Origin: Lingula anatina
Lineage: Eukaryota > Animalia > Brachiopoda
Direction of reading: 5' to 3'
Assembly: GCA_051362555.1 (NCBI GenBank)
Contig: CM120642.1
Coordinates: 31,434,001-31,498,000 of the forward strand
Length of the DNA stretch: 64,000 nucleotides
The number at the start of each line of letters is the position of its first letter. The first letter of the stretch is position 1. Positions 1 through 13,200 of this stretch are shown here, piece after piece. The translations under genes were made by a program, and so were the position numbers. Under the pieces are notes generated by a model. That model did not search any database and was not told the DNA's origin. It saw only the letters and a program-made list of their open reading frames with translations.

Positions 1-910
1 TGACCAGCCTGTTTGCATCCGTGACTCATGGCCAGGTAATAGTGTGAAGAGGTCCTAGTGCAAAAAATCTAAATATGGCATTAAGTTTGTCATAAATCAC
101 ATCGGTTGATTAAATAGGCATTACCAGAAATATATTTATTATTGAAGATTTAGTGGATTTTTCATAAATATAGGTGTGAAAATTTAGTTCGTTTTCTAAG
201 ATTTAAAAAGTAACGGACATATAGAATTGATTTTGTTCATTAGTTTTCTCACGAATATGATTATTATTTTTTATGCTGGCCTGCCCTGTACAGAGAAATA
301 GTCTGGATATATCTTATATATTAGTGCTGTGATATCATGCCTAGTGACCGGGAAAACAAGGTGCTACCTGGCATTTCCCACGGGTATTACACAGTTATCT
401 TACACTGCTACATCAGTCAACATGCCACTAACGGGACATCATACATATATCTAAAATAAGGTATTTGAAATTCGCTTGCTTGTGCCAAATTGTTAACAAA
501 TATTGCACACTTAATTGAAATTTTCACACATTTGGGTGGGTCGCAGTGATCTTCAAATTTAACTTTTTTGGATATAATTAACATATTTTTAAAGAAAATC
601 TTGCTGTTTAAAGCAATAGAATTGGTTAGCCTATCAAATCATCATTCGCTGATAGCAATTGTAATGTCATTTCACTGTTCACGGTTATCTCAACTTCGAA
701 CACATTAAACTGCACATTGCAATACAGATGACTAACCCATTTATAAAAATTATGCCCAATTATAGATATTGATTATGATATCATTTTCGGCTCTGATAAC
801 CTGTCACCTGTTAGGATCTCGAGGAAGTCATGGTCAGATTATAGTGGGACGCAGGTGCGCAAGATCAAAGTGTTTTAATTCATTATAAAAGCAAGTGATA
901 TTTTGCTGTG

Positions 911-3900
911 ATGCAGGGAGAAAGTTTATTCAGAGTCATTTTTCTCGTTCTTTTGGTGAGCTGTGCTAGAGGTAAGAATTTCGTTATTTTCTTCAAAAAT
1001 ACACTTGAAAAATAGACTAATCGAGACATCAAACCAGTTCTCAGCTATGAGTTCGACACATGGCCTCACACGTGCGTATTTGTGTCTACCGGAAAAGAAG
1101 ACATTTTTCTTGCGTGCAAACTGTTTAGAAAATTTTATTGAAAGGTCAGCTGAATATTTTTTCCAATTGGTCGAACATATTTGATTTGATTCTTTTGCAT
1201 ATGTAGTTTTTATCATTCATTTCCCAACAGAAATAAATTTTCATTCATTTAGCAACGGGTTCATTCACGGGTTCATAGAAGAGGAAGTCTTTTGATTAGA
1301 ATGATTTTATTGACGATTTTTAAATATAAAATAACAACCACGAATAACCACCCTTGTATTGAGACCTAGAGGGGGAAGAGACGGAAAAGGACTTGTTTAA
1401 TTGTTCGGACATATCTTATTCATGCAGTATCTCTATAAGCCGAGATCATGTTCATTCTAATACTAACTGTTCTACTTAGCTCGCTTCACGATATGTACAG
1501 TACACTACGGAAGATATGACGGATTTCACTATACCTGTGTGTCATTGTAGGCCTATCTCAGTATGTCATGCCGAGAAAGTACCATATCGCTTCACGTTTA
1601 CAATATTGTATGCCAGACCATCTTGTTATGACAACTTCCGTATCAGAACAGTTAAAGTACATGTAGTATTTCATCGTTTCAGTGTCAGGATGGTCTTGTT
1701 ACGACTGCTACGGCTCCACATGTGCGAACATTAAGACCAATCCAGCCGTAGCTGGGAGGTGTCCGACTGGTTTTAGATGTTTCACCAGATTGAAAGCGGA
1801 CGGAGGTAGGAGCAACAGTTTGCATGTTGGAAGCGTTGTTTCACAAAATAATAATAAATAAATAAATAAATAATAAAAAGCAGAAGGTTTGATGTTAAAA
1901 CGAAGAAGGTAATAACAAATGATGTTTCTATGCAGTAATTCTTTAAAGGGCGTGTTATACACAGTCGGAGATCGTAACTTACCACAAGAACCAATCGTGT
2001 GCACCAAACATTTAAATGTCTAAAACGAAACACATATTTATAAAAGTAATGGATTCAGACAAACATAAGATAAGATATAGGCCTACTAGAGAGCAAGTAT
2101 AATATTCATATTATTTGCAGTAAATTTTGTACTATTTTGTCAGGCATACTTCGTGTATTTGAAACTAATTCGTTCATGTGTTTGGTTTTTCAGTCACTGT
2201 CCACAATAAAGGTTGCTATAGTCATAGCGGCAGTCAATATGGAGTAAACCTGGACTATGACGGATGTAGACCCCAGAAAATCTACGGCACAGACCAAGTG
2301 CTCTGTCTTTGCCGTGGGGAATTATGCAACGCTGACATCAAGAAAGTCATTAAGACAATTACCCAACCCACTACTCCCAGTCCAACGACTACCACTTCGA
2401 CGACTACCAGTCCAACGACTACCACTTCGACGACTACCAGTTCTACGACCACTTCCACAAAATCGCCCCCTATAACGTCCAAGCCAGCGCTGTCGACAAC
2501 CGTTGACGGGAAAATCCGAGATGGCTTTTTCACTGTTGCAGAACTAGGTATCAGAACCTTCAATGGTAAGGAATTTTGCACATTTTGCTACAGAATTATT
2601 TTAAATTTTTCACTTGAGAAGCTACATGGTGTCTCGATACATTACACAGAATCCAAAATCTAAAAGGGGAGTAGTCCAATAGCTGCAAAGTACACCCGAT
2701 TCGTGCTATAATATTCCTGTTTTTAAAGATATCCTTCAATTATTTATTTTAAAAAAACTCTCAACTTTCTCATCGATTCTTGTACATTATTTCTCTAAGG
2801 AAAACCAGACGTTGAATGTGTACTAGAAAACAGGTATCCGAAAACGCAGCACTTCCACGCTGTGTACGACATATCTCACAGCGACTGTAAAGCGGCCTGT
2901 AGCGTTCTTCAAGGCTGTGTTGCTGCGGCGTATCATGATGACGAGAGGGGCCAGGCGTTGAGCACTCAATGTCTGTTTTACAACGCGAAGTTTTTCACGC
3001 CACATACAGAGATACAATTTCTTATTCAGTGGAAGCTTTTCACAAGTAATGGGAACTGCTTCAGAGGTATGGCTTTTTTTCAGTCGGTACTTAATAAGCC
3101 TATAGTACTTCCTCGACAATATTACCAGGCCCGAAGCAAGCAATTTCAAAAGGGGGTTCTTTTTTTGAAAAAGTGGACCTTTTCCCATAAAAACTTCATG
3201 CACTTAGATCAAATTTTAGCAAAAGGGGCGTTTCTTTCTAACCCCCCGAACCCCCTGGCTACGGGCCTGATTACCATTCGGAATATCGGCAAGATCCATC
3301 CCCTCTTCTCAAAACAAAGCGGCGGTGCCAGTCCCCCGTTCCTTCTCACACATAACCATATTTTGGGCAGTCAGAATTTCATGAAAGCTCCGAATTGAAC
3401 CATTTTCGAAATAATCGTCGCAGCGAAAAGAGGTGTGGCTGAAAATTTTGGTCGTCCCCTCTCGAATCCTAAATCTGCCAGAGAGAAGAAATATACAAAA
3501 TATTTTAACCGTCCTGACAAGTTTTGCGTTATAATTAACAATATAATAATGGAGACTCTCAATCCATAATGGCATTTAAAATAAGATTGGTCTTCGGATA
3601 ATTTTATAACGCTGCATTGCCCTCAATATAAGGTCAACAAGCCAACTATTCACAAAGCCTTAACTTCTTTTCTTACAGCTTCTTGCAGGAACTCCATACA
3701 GATTAACAACCACATATTGCCTTCTGTGCCGATTAAGTCTTTGGTAGGAATTACGATAGCGACTTGTAAAGCAGAATGCTACGGCAATCCTAAATGTCTT
3801 GCCGTGTCATATGAACACTCCACTGGTAGCTGTGAAGTTTTTGGAACCATGAAAAATACCGCGGCGAAAGCGCCACCTTCCGGCCGTGGGTGGACGTCTT

Positions 3901-6152
3901 ATGTAAAATCATGTGTAGGTAAGGTAGAGTAGCTCAAAAAGGATTATATCAATAGATAAGATATTTTCATAAATAATAGTAATAATAATAATAATGGGAA
4001 GAAGAACATTACATCGCACACAGTTCAGTTCGTACATTTCAAAATTACTCGTATTGGAAAAATGTTAAAAGCGAAGATGTGATCTAAATTTGTGACAGAA
4101 ACGTAAAATAATCAGAACAAAATGAACATTTCAGACCATGGTAAGTTCGCGCTGAAGCCGAAAACGACAACTACCCAACCGACAACAACAACAACCCAAC
4201 CGACGACAACAACAACCCAACCGACAACAACTACCCTGCCGACAACAACAACGACTACTACAACGACAACTACAACCAGTACTAGTAAGTCCACCACATC
4301 TACAACCACGAAGACCACGAAATCCACCCCCTCCACACAGGGAACAACCAGCGCCATTACGACAACAGCTAAAGGTATGTCATACACGTGATACACTGTA
4401 CATGGACGAAGTGCGCCTATTTCAATTTTATAAACTTATTATTATTTGAACGCAAAAATAGACGTGCGTCTTTGTTCAAAAAAAGACGAACACGTATTCA
4501 GAAAAGATATGATTATGTTAACCACACGTTATGTTCACATGTAATAATAAAAATATAATTTTTTCGTTTGTATCAGATGTCGAGTGTGTGATCAAGGGAC
4601 GCTTTCCAAAAACTCAATTCTCCTACTTCCAACATGGGATATCTTCGGCCCAGTGTATACAAGCTTGTCACTCTTTTCACTGGTGTGTGGGTGCGGTCTA
4701 CCACAACGACGAATTTGGAACACCGCTTAGCACTGAATGTTTCTTCTACAATAGGAAGTACTTAAACCGCAATACTGAGATCCAGTTACTGTCTCAGTAT
4801 ACGATGTTTGCCACAGGGGAAAATTGTGATGGAGGTGAGAAAAGAATACTTTTCAACATAAAGAAAATTCGTCTTAAGCATTCATGGTACGAATGTTTTA
4901 TATACTTATTACAGTTTATATTTTCTTTGAATAATGCACATTATATTTATAATACATTTACACCGGTTCTGAATTGAAATTTAAATTTTGTCATGTCTAG
5001 TCACCATGATTATATTTTCATTTGTTTTATTCAGTATCGACCACCTCTGTTCCTTCCACTGGAAAGCTGACTCCAGCATTTAAGACTACGTTTAAAACAC
5101 GGACGCCTATAACAACCACACAACCTACCACAACCACCACTCAACCAACCACAACCACCACTCAACCTACCACAACCACCACTACATCTACAACCACCAC
5201 CACTTCACCTACCACAACCACCACTCAACCAACCACAACTACCACTACACCTACCACAACCACCACACAACCAACCACAACTATCACTTCACCTACAACA
5301 ACCACCACACAACCTACCACAACCACCACTAAACCTACAACAACCACCACAAAACCTACCATCACCACAACAAAACCAACTACAACCACCACTAAACCTT
5401 CTACCACAACAAAACCAACTACAACCACAACATCAACCACCACAACTACAACTCCAATAAGAACTCCTCCTCCAAGTAAGTAAAACTAAATTTTATGCTA
5501 TTGTATTATGATTTTTTTTCTGTTTTCTGTGTGAACATTAGTATTTAGTGGTTGTTTTAAATTCAGAAATAAGTTACAATCATCTATCTTTCATTTGAGC
5601 ATGTTTCAATTCTTGCACATTGTCATTGAACCGTTATCTTTGTAGACATGTGTTTGATAGATGGAGTACTATTGAAGTTAAGGGAGAGGAGAATATTCGG
5701 CTGCGATAAATCCTGTATTTGTCTCGGTACCAATTTTGTACATTGCGAAAGGGTGTAAGTAAAACTTTTTTCTATAACTTTTCCCTTTTGATGTGTTTTC
5801 ATTTAATCAATGTAACTACAGCTATATGGTGCATTCCCAATGAAAATATCTATCTACGTAGATGGATCCAATTCCGCGGAGACTCTGAATCTGATTACAC
5901 TCAGAGAGACCCGACGGAGTTGGATCGACTTACATAGAACGACAGTTTCATTGGGAATTATCCAATATGTTTCAATGATGCTTTCTGTTTCTATATTCTA
6001 CAAAGCGTGCCTGCACCCGATTCTTTATGTCTATATACAGGTGCCCTGACTGGACAAATCTTCCAGTTCCGGCCGGATGCCAACTCAAGGAGCCGGCCCC
6101 TGGGAATTGCTGCAAGGAGCTAGACTGTAGCAGGATGACCCCTCCCCCGTAA
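911..6152 (+). CDS. Secreted modular mucin-like protein: signal peptide - Ly6/uPAR (three-finger)-like domain - Thr/Pro-rich - PAN/apple-like x2 - Thr-rich - PAN-like - Thr-rich - C-terminal VWC-like domain
   Basis: Ten phase-consistent GT-AG exons: 911-971 (MQGESLFRVIFLVLLVSCAR, signal peptide), 1683-1805 (WSCYDCYGSTC...CPTGFRCF), 2194-2565 (KGCY...LCLCRGELCN + PTTTTS repeats), 2800-3066, 3679-3918 (TCKAECYGNPKCLAVSYEHSTGSCEVF), 4135-4374, 4577-4834, 5035-5475 (QPTTTTT repeats), 5646-5754, 6041-6152 (CPDWTNLPVPAGCQLKEPAPGNCCKELDC, stop TAA). Confidence 0.8.
3126..3269. mobile_element. Short non-autonomous DNA transposon (MITE) in a mucin intron
   Basis: Terminal inverted repeats CAGGCCCGAAGCAAG ... 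CTGGCTACGGGCCTG, flanked by the direct repeat ATTAC on both sides. Confidence 0.7.
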
Positions 6153-7383
6153 ACAGCATCCTGGAGCATCCGGCAGATCCGTTTATCCAAATTCCACTCA
6201 GTCAAAATTTTTTGAGTTGATAAGGAAACATCAACTTGAGGGAGTCACAGAAACGGATTCAACTTTAAGTTACTGTTGTCTCCAGCGATTATAGAGGGAC
6301 GTATACGAAGTTACAATTGGAGCAACATTCACAGATGGTCTTGTCCAAAACAAACGCCATTCTAAACATAATTGCCGGATGTCTCAGCCGAAAACCTATT
6401 CAGTTAGGTAAGGGGGGGGTCTCTACTTATATATCCGCCGTAGCTTACGTACATGTTTATTAGAACTTATAAACATACCTAATAAAACTTCCATAAACTC
6501 ACTTTCTGCACCCACCCAAACCGCAATCTACTTTTTATTCTTCGTCAGTATTTTGCTAAAATGTTATTAATTTAGTGTAAATTGTTCTTTGATTTCATGG
6601 TGTTGGATAAAATACAGGGAAAATTTGTGACTCATGAACGGGTGGGGCCAAGAAAATTTATATTATTGAAATAAATGAATTCAATAGTTATTCAGCAAAT
6701 ATCCACTGTGTTTCTCTTAATTGAGTCAAATGTTGTGTGAGCTTCTAAAGAATCGTTCAGAATTTATTATTGACATTATGATGCAACTTATATCCTGCTA
6801 ACACAGATAACGAGAGGTTTTGTAGCAAATGTTTGCACTTCTATCTATTTTTTTTTCAAAAGCAGCACTGATTTATTGATTATTGTGATAGGCAATCAGG
6901 CCTGTGAGTCAGTGACGAGGCTTAATCAGACAGTGAGATATCGAACAGAAAATCGACAAGGTCATAAAAAAGGAGAAAAGTTGCTAATGTTGAAGCAACG
7001 GGAAAATGAACGCCGAATGAAAAATTGTTTGTATCGAAAAAAATTAATCAGAAACTCATTATGATACGTCATAGACCCTGCATTTATTGAAATCCGTAAC
7101 GATAACACATTAGGTTAAATCACAAAGATGAAAAATTAGTTTTAATTTAAGTACTTTTGAATTAGGTTTCTCAGCAAGTTGTATCATCCATGTATGATAC
7201 GTGGATATAAAGGGACTGGATCAATGTCTGAATCTTATTTTACCAGCAATAAAACAGGTGAAAATTAAATAGTGTGCTTTGAATTGAATGAAAAAAAAGA
7301 CATCGAATACATAGACGTGTCCACACGGGGGATATCGGTGGGACTTCATCTTAACTCTCTGCACCGCCCCACCACTTAACCGT

Positions 7384-7444
<61 letters not shown>
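7384..7444. repeat. Compound microsatellite (CA)n(GA)n
   Basis: Directly visible. Confidence 0.95.
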
Positions 7445-7446
<2 letters not shown>

Positions 7447-8399
7447 AGAAAAATGGTCAAAATAATGAAAGAATATTAAATAAGGAGTAGCACTCATAAC
7501 GTAATACGCATCTTACTGGCGTGTCCCTGCAGTTACCTCCGTCTTTGCCGGTGAAGAGTTTATTTGCTGACTCGAAGCTAAGCCACATTTTGTGAAGCGA
7601 AGGTATACCGCGAAGTCTATTTAGCAGATTTGGATTCCACATGCGCTTTGGTTATTTCAATAAATAAATAAATAAATAAATAAAATAAAACGCAGATGAA
7701 CATGTAATAAAACCTGCAATCATTTTTGGAATAGGGTCACAATTGAGATGGGGGGGGGGGGGAGAAGCACACGAGGTTTTTTCCGTAAAGTCCTTCCTAT
7801 ATGGAGCATCAAGTCAACTCACAAGTGATATGTTTGTTTTATAACCCCTCTTACAATAACAAAATAATTTTGTCGGTTACATATTGTTTATTCTGATTCT
7901 ACGTGAATAAGTCGCTTCTGCATCCTTGCGTTCAGTACGGCCTAATTTACCGTGTATAGGTGTAGGCATAAAGGGCGTCCAGGTGTATTTTCAGCCACCA
8001 CACAATTCCTTGTCCCCGGCGTGGGCCGTAAACTGTGCAAACGACCTAGTTTCGCTCTAAAAACCTGATAACGTCAAGAAAGATATTGGAGGTGATTAGG
8101 GTCCTATAATCTACTCTCTCACATTTAAATACAAACCCATTTTATTGTGAAGAGAATTTAAATGCTACTGAATGGAGTAAAACCCAGGACTTAATTATAT
8201 TGCATTTTATCACTGCATTTATTTTGTCATACGCCATACTCCCATGACGTCAACCCTGCGACTCGTTTTAAACCAGCAGATAGTCGTCATAGCCTTTATC
8301 GCGTCGCGACCTAGTTAAACTTTTTATGTAGGCTACTGAGCCGTTATAGAATTTTGAACTGATTGAACTGGTGATTTCGGGGACCGCTTAGCATCCAAG

Positions 8400-8927
8400 A
8401 TGAAGCCGGTGATATTAAGGATACTCGTTGTCATTGCAGCTCTGACTCTGGGCACCGACTGCAAGCAAGAAGGTACAGCTTTTTTTCATACCTTTACCCT
8501 CAGCCCTGTTCAGCACCGTACCCCGCTATATCGAAGTGGGAGTTGCATGCCGGCACGGGCAGGACAGGAATGGGTGTGAGACGCAAGTGCGTGAGCGATG
8601 CCCTGAATAGAGTCTCTTTGAGAGTGTAATGATATGATAACACGTCTTAGTTAATATAGACTTTGAGTTGAATGTGATGTCACAATTTATTTCAAAGTTC
8701 GGCTTTTATCTTCTCGATGTTAGTGACATCAGCGCGATGCATACGAATCTCTCTATAAGGTACTCTCAAATGCCTTACTTATATCAAGTCATGATATTTC
8801 ACGGGTTTGATGTGAAGCAGCATCGTTCTACAAATTATAAGGCTGGACTTCAGAGTGTCCAGGAGAGAAAGAGAGAGAGCTAGAAGCGGGTACACAGAGA
8901 GAGAGAGAGAGAGAGAAAGAAGCGGGT

Positions 8928-8964
<37 letters not shown>

Positions 8965-10245
8965 CGGGCACGTGACAAAACCGCTACGTAAAATGAAGTT
9001 CCTATTCAACGGTGTAAGGTTCACATCCTGCATCTTAACACGCGACCTGTATTCTCTCAATCAACCTGCACACATTTGTCACATGCCCTTCTCCCGGGAG
9101 ACGGCCCTTTCACTGTGACACATTCCTTAATCTCCGCGACATAAGTAAATACCGAGTGCATGGTTTTAGCATGCGTGCCGGTGGACACAGTTACAGGATA
9201 TATCTTGTGTAATCAAATTACAATAGTTATATAGAGGGTCGTATTCTTCACTACTCTCTTGTCATAGATGCATTTTTGAAAGGATAATAGAATAAATGTA
9301 ACAAAATTAAATGGGTTATCTACACTGTGCCACACCTTCCAAAAATGACACAGACACTCTCTGGGACGCACTGGGGTAGTTCTTACTATCTTCTATGTGC
9401 TTCAGATCACACATACTTAACTCTTTTTTTAAAATTCTGGTAGCGTCCAATTTGAAAGCAGATCTAATTTCCCGTCTGAGGTAACGGATCTTTGACCCTC
9501 CGTTTGAGTTTGGAAGCATTTTTGTTACACACCGATACACACTCAGCAAGGCTTGCACGTCTATAATAGTAAGCCCATTTCCATAGATTAGATCGACCTA
9601 CTTTAGATCGACCAAACTCCCTGGGGGTTCACGCTAAATAGCTGTCAGCCGGGCGGACACGAAAGTTAATTACCCCCTTACAGCTTGTAGTAGGCGGGAC
9701 GGACATTTAAGTTGGATTATCTGAAAGTAATCTAGTGAGACTCCCCGCGGGGATAGATCGATCTAAAATCTATGGGAATAGAGCCACAGTGTTTGTGTGT
9801 GTTTGTATGCGTGTGTGTTTGTGCGTCAAAGACCAAACAAAAGAAATCCATAGTTCAAATTATCATTTAAAATACCCACCTAATTTCCAATAACTTTATT
9901 CCATTATCTCCGCAAGCCACAAGAGAGAAGCGGCAAGTGACATCGCCTGGAAACAAGACCTACATAGTCTCCACAATAGCGGTACGTATTGATATGCAGT
10001 GGTGGGAGCTTGCAAGTCGTTAGCATATCAGGGGCGTAACCAGGCATACGCACGGATGCACTGTGCGTACAATTTTTTGAGCCAACCATGATATTATTCT
10101 CCATAAATTCAGTGTATTTTTCACGGAATATAATCGTACCTGAGAATTTTCAAAATCTGTGCGTACAATTTAAAATGGTCTGGTTACGCCCCTGCATATA
10201 GCAGTGTGTGTGTGTGTGTGTGTGTGTGTGAGAAAGAGAGAGAGA

Positions 10246-10276
<31 letters not shown>

Positions 10277-13200
10277 AGAGAGAGAGAGAGAGAGTTAGTT
10301 TGTGTGCGTGTGCGCACGTGTGGTATGCGCGGGCGAGCGTGTGTGTGCGTGAGAGAGACAGAGAGAGAGAGAGAGAGAGAACGTCTTATCTGATGCGTTG
10401 GTTGTGATGCAGCAATTTTAATGTAAAAAAAAAGACTAAAATGAGGAATACATGCAGATTGGCTACATGTAAGGAAACCCCCAACTTTTCTTACAGCACC
10501 CACCCTTCATGCACATCTCCAACAACACCAACTTGAAAGGCAATGACAGATTCTACGGCTTTGTCCCCGATGTGCTCATGGATCTATTTGAGTTCATCCA
10601 GGCAAGGTACGAGATACGAATTGTCCAAGATGGACGATGGGGAACTTATGATAGCGTAGGACAATGGAATGGTATGATTGGAGAGGTACTCAACCGTGTA
10701 AGTAGACGAAGATTTAGTATGACCAATGGTTTTAGATTTTAGATACATGTAGGTCATGAAATGGATTATGTTGATATTACATTTAATTAATTCCAGATGT
10801 TTGGTCTTCTTGCAATTGTATTTATTTTTTAACCTTTGCCAGTATGTTTACTGCCAGGGTGCCGTTTGTCTGTCTGTTTGTCTGTCTATACGTCCGTTTG
10901 TCCTTAGTCCTGTCTGTCTGGTAGCAACAGGTCAAAAGTTGCAGGCGGGTTTTGATAATACACGTGGGGCAGAAACGAGGTATTTGTGGTGATTAATTAA
11001 ACAGTGGAAAACAGGGTTGATTATTTCATTAATAGGTGATTAATTGTTATGAGAATTGAGAAATTTAATTTATTTAATAATCGATAAAAATTTATAATAA
11101 GGAGAAATGAAATGCATTGGCAGAGGTCTGTCAGCATTTAAGTTTTTTTTTCTAGATCATTTATTATTCCTTTATTTTTATATTGTATTTTATATTATCC
11201 CTTCTTTTAGACTATGAATGGACGTGCACGTATATTCAGTATAAACAGTTAGTTTCCATGAAATCGCTAACGCCGGTGCTTTGAATTAATGAATTCCCAA
11301 AGCATTTCATAGTTTGGGGAACTAAATTTTTGTTTTCAACGTTGTACACGGCATTTAATTCAATCTTCTCGTAGTCAATATCAAATCATTTTCTCTCCCA
11401 CCTTTTCTATCAGACCGTCGACATGGCCGCTGCAGCCATCACCATCACCCCTGACAGATTAAGAGTTGTGGACTTTGTGAGGGTTTTTGCCGACACCGGT
11501 ATCACCATTCTCATCAAGAGGCCCGACGAGCAGTCGGCACACCTGAGTCAGGGCATGGGCGTTATGAGCATCGTTTCTTACCAAGTCTGGCTCTGTCTGT
11601 TAGCAGCGTTTATTGTGGTAGGTACACGTTGTATTGGCCCATACGTGAGCAACACGTGGATTCACTATACAGGTGTGAGGTGCACGCGCCCCCATTGGCC
11701 CATAGGTGCAGATTCATACAAGCAAAATGATTTCAATACTGAGGTGTAACTCTGCTTTACTTTCTCGTGATTGTCACTTTTGATCAAAAAGGTTGTCCTA
11801 CTTTCAAACTCATTTGCTTTTGTTTACAAATGATCACATGGCAGCTGTTTTAAATAGTGATTTTTATTCAGGATACCATATAATTTTATAAGCCAAAATA
11901 CCGGTGAAGATATTTATATTTTATACCATTTAATCGATTTTTATTCTTTTTAATTCTTAAAACAACATGCACCTCCCTCAAAAACAAAATGCCACACGTA
12001 TTTCAAAATGGCCATAGAAACGGCACATGTCACCAAATTTGCACACAGTAAGCATCCTAATGTGCTGTTTAAAGGTTAGCTGTATTTGAGCGTGTATGGC
12101 ATCTCGTATCGCAATTATCTTTCAGGTGGGACAACTTTTTTGACCAAAAGTGTATGAACGGATTTTTTTGTTCAGTCATTTTATGTCCTATCACAGTTTA
12201 ATTTTTCATATAGTATTTCTCCAGATTTGAAACATAACATAACACACTCAGTTTGTTTTTACAATGTCTAGGTTAGCGTCATGATATGGCTGATGGAGAA
12301 GTATAGTCCCTATGGCTGGTATAAGTGCTATCAGCGTCACGAGGTGGGCCAAGAACAGGGCTCCTACTTCACTGTGGCCAATTCTCTTTGGCAGTCACTT
12401 ACCACCCTGCTGTGGCAAGGCAAGTGAAGAAAACTATTAAGCTATATAATATATTACTTACATAAACTAGAAAAGTAACCAAAAAGCACAGATCTCTGTC
12501 AAGGCAAATCAATTCTCATTTATTATCAATCAACCAATCAATCAATTAATTTATCTCCACCAAAATTTGATCGGCTCTAAGTTAGTCCATTCTGGAAATT
12601 TGATTGACAAAAAAAAACAAAAAAACGTCCAAGTCTTGCAGTGTGATACTCACGATGGTTATTCAATTGTATGAATGTGAGCATGCCATCTATTCATAAA
12701 AACCTCAAACCTTCTTTCCCTGATGAAGTCTGACTTCAAGCAGACGAGACAAATATAAGTAGCTATAGACAAAATAATCTTCACAAGTCTATTACAATAA
12801 CATAGCTAATGAAACTGTTCTACACACTGCAAGAGCTTTGACTGAACTCCAGTATAAGTTTTTATAATGATTTTAATATTTATCTCAGTTCTTCTTTAGA
12901 TTACGAACGCTAAATGATATGTTCTGAAATTTATCTTCTCCAGGTTTCGATCAAGCCCCACGCTCTATTTCCGCCCGGTTTCTACATGCAACATGGATGA
13001 TCTTCGCCGTCTTGTTTCTCGTTGCGTATACCGGTGCAGTCATCGCACAATTATTGATTTCTGATCGAACAGGTGAGAGCCAGAGAGCGAGCAAGAGAGA
13101 GAGAGAGAGAGAAAGATAGAGAGAATTAACAATGTTCATGTTAATATTTCGTAAATATTTGAACAGTTGTAAATATGAAGAAAAAATCTGACATTTCAGT

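Noticed and set aside
884-890. TATAAAA upstream of the mucin ATG as a TATA box
   Set aside because: Only ~20 nt before the ATG, leaving almost no 5' UTR; cannot be supported without TSS data.
2282-5443. Val-rich minus-strand ORFs (2282-2581, 4112-4396, 5225-5443)
   Set aside because: Antisense shadows of the Thr-codon (ACN) mucin repeats.
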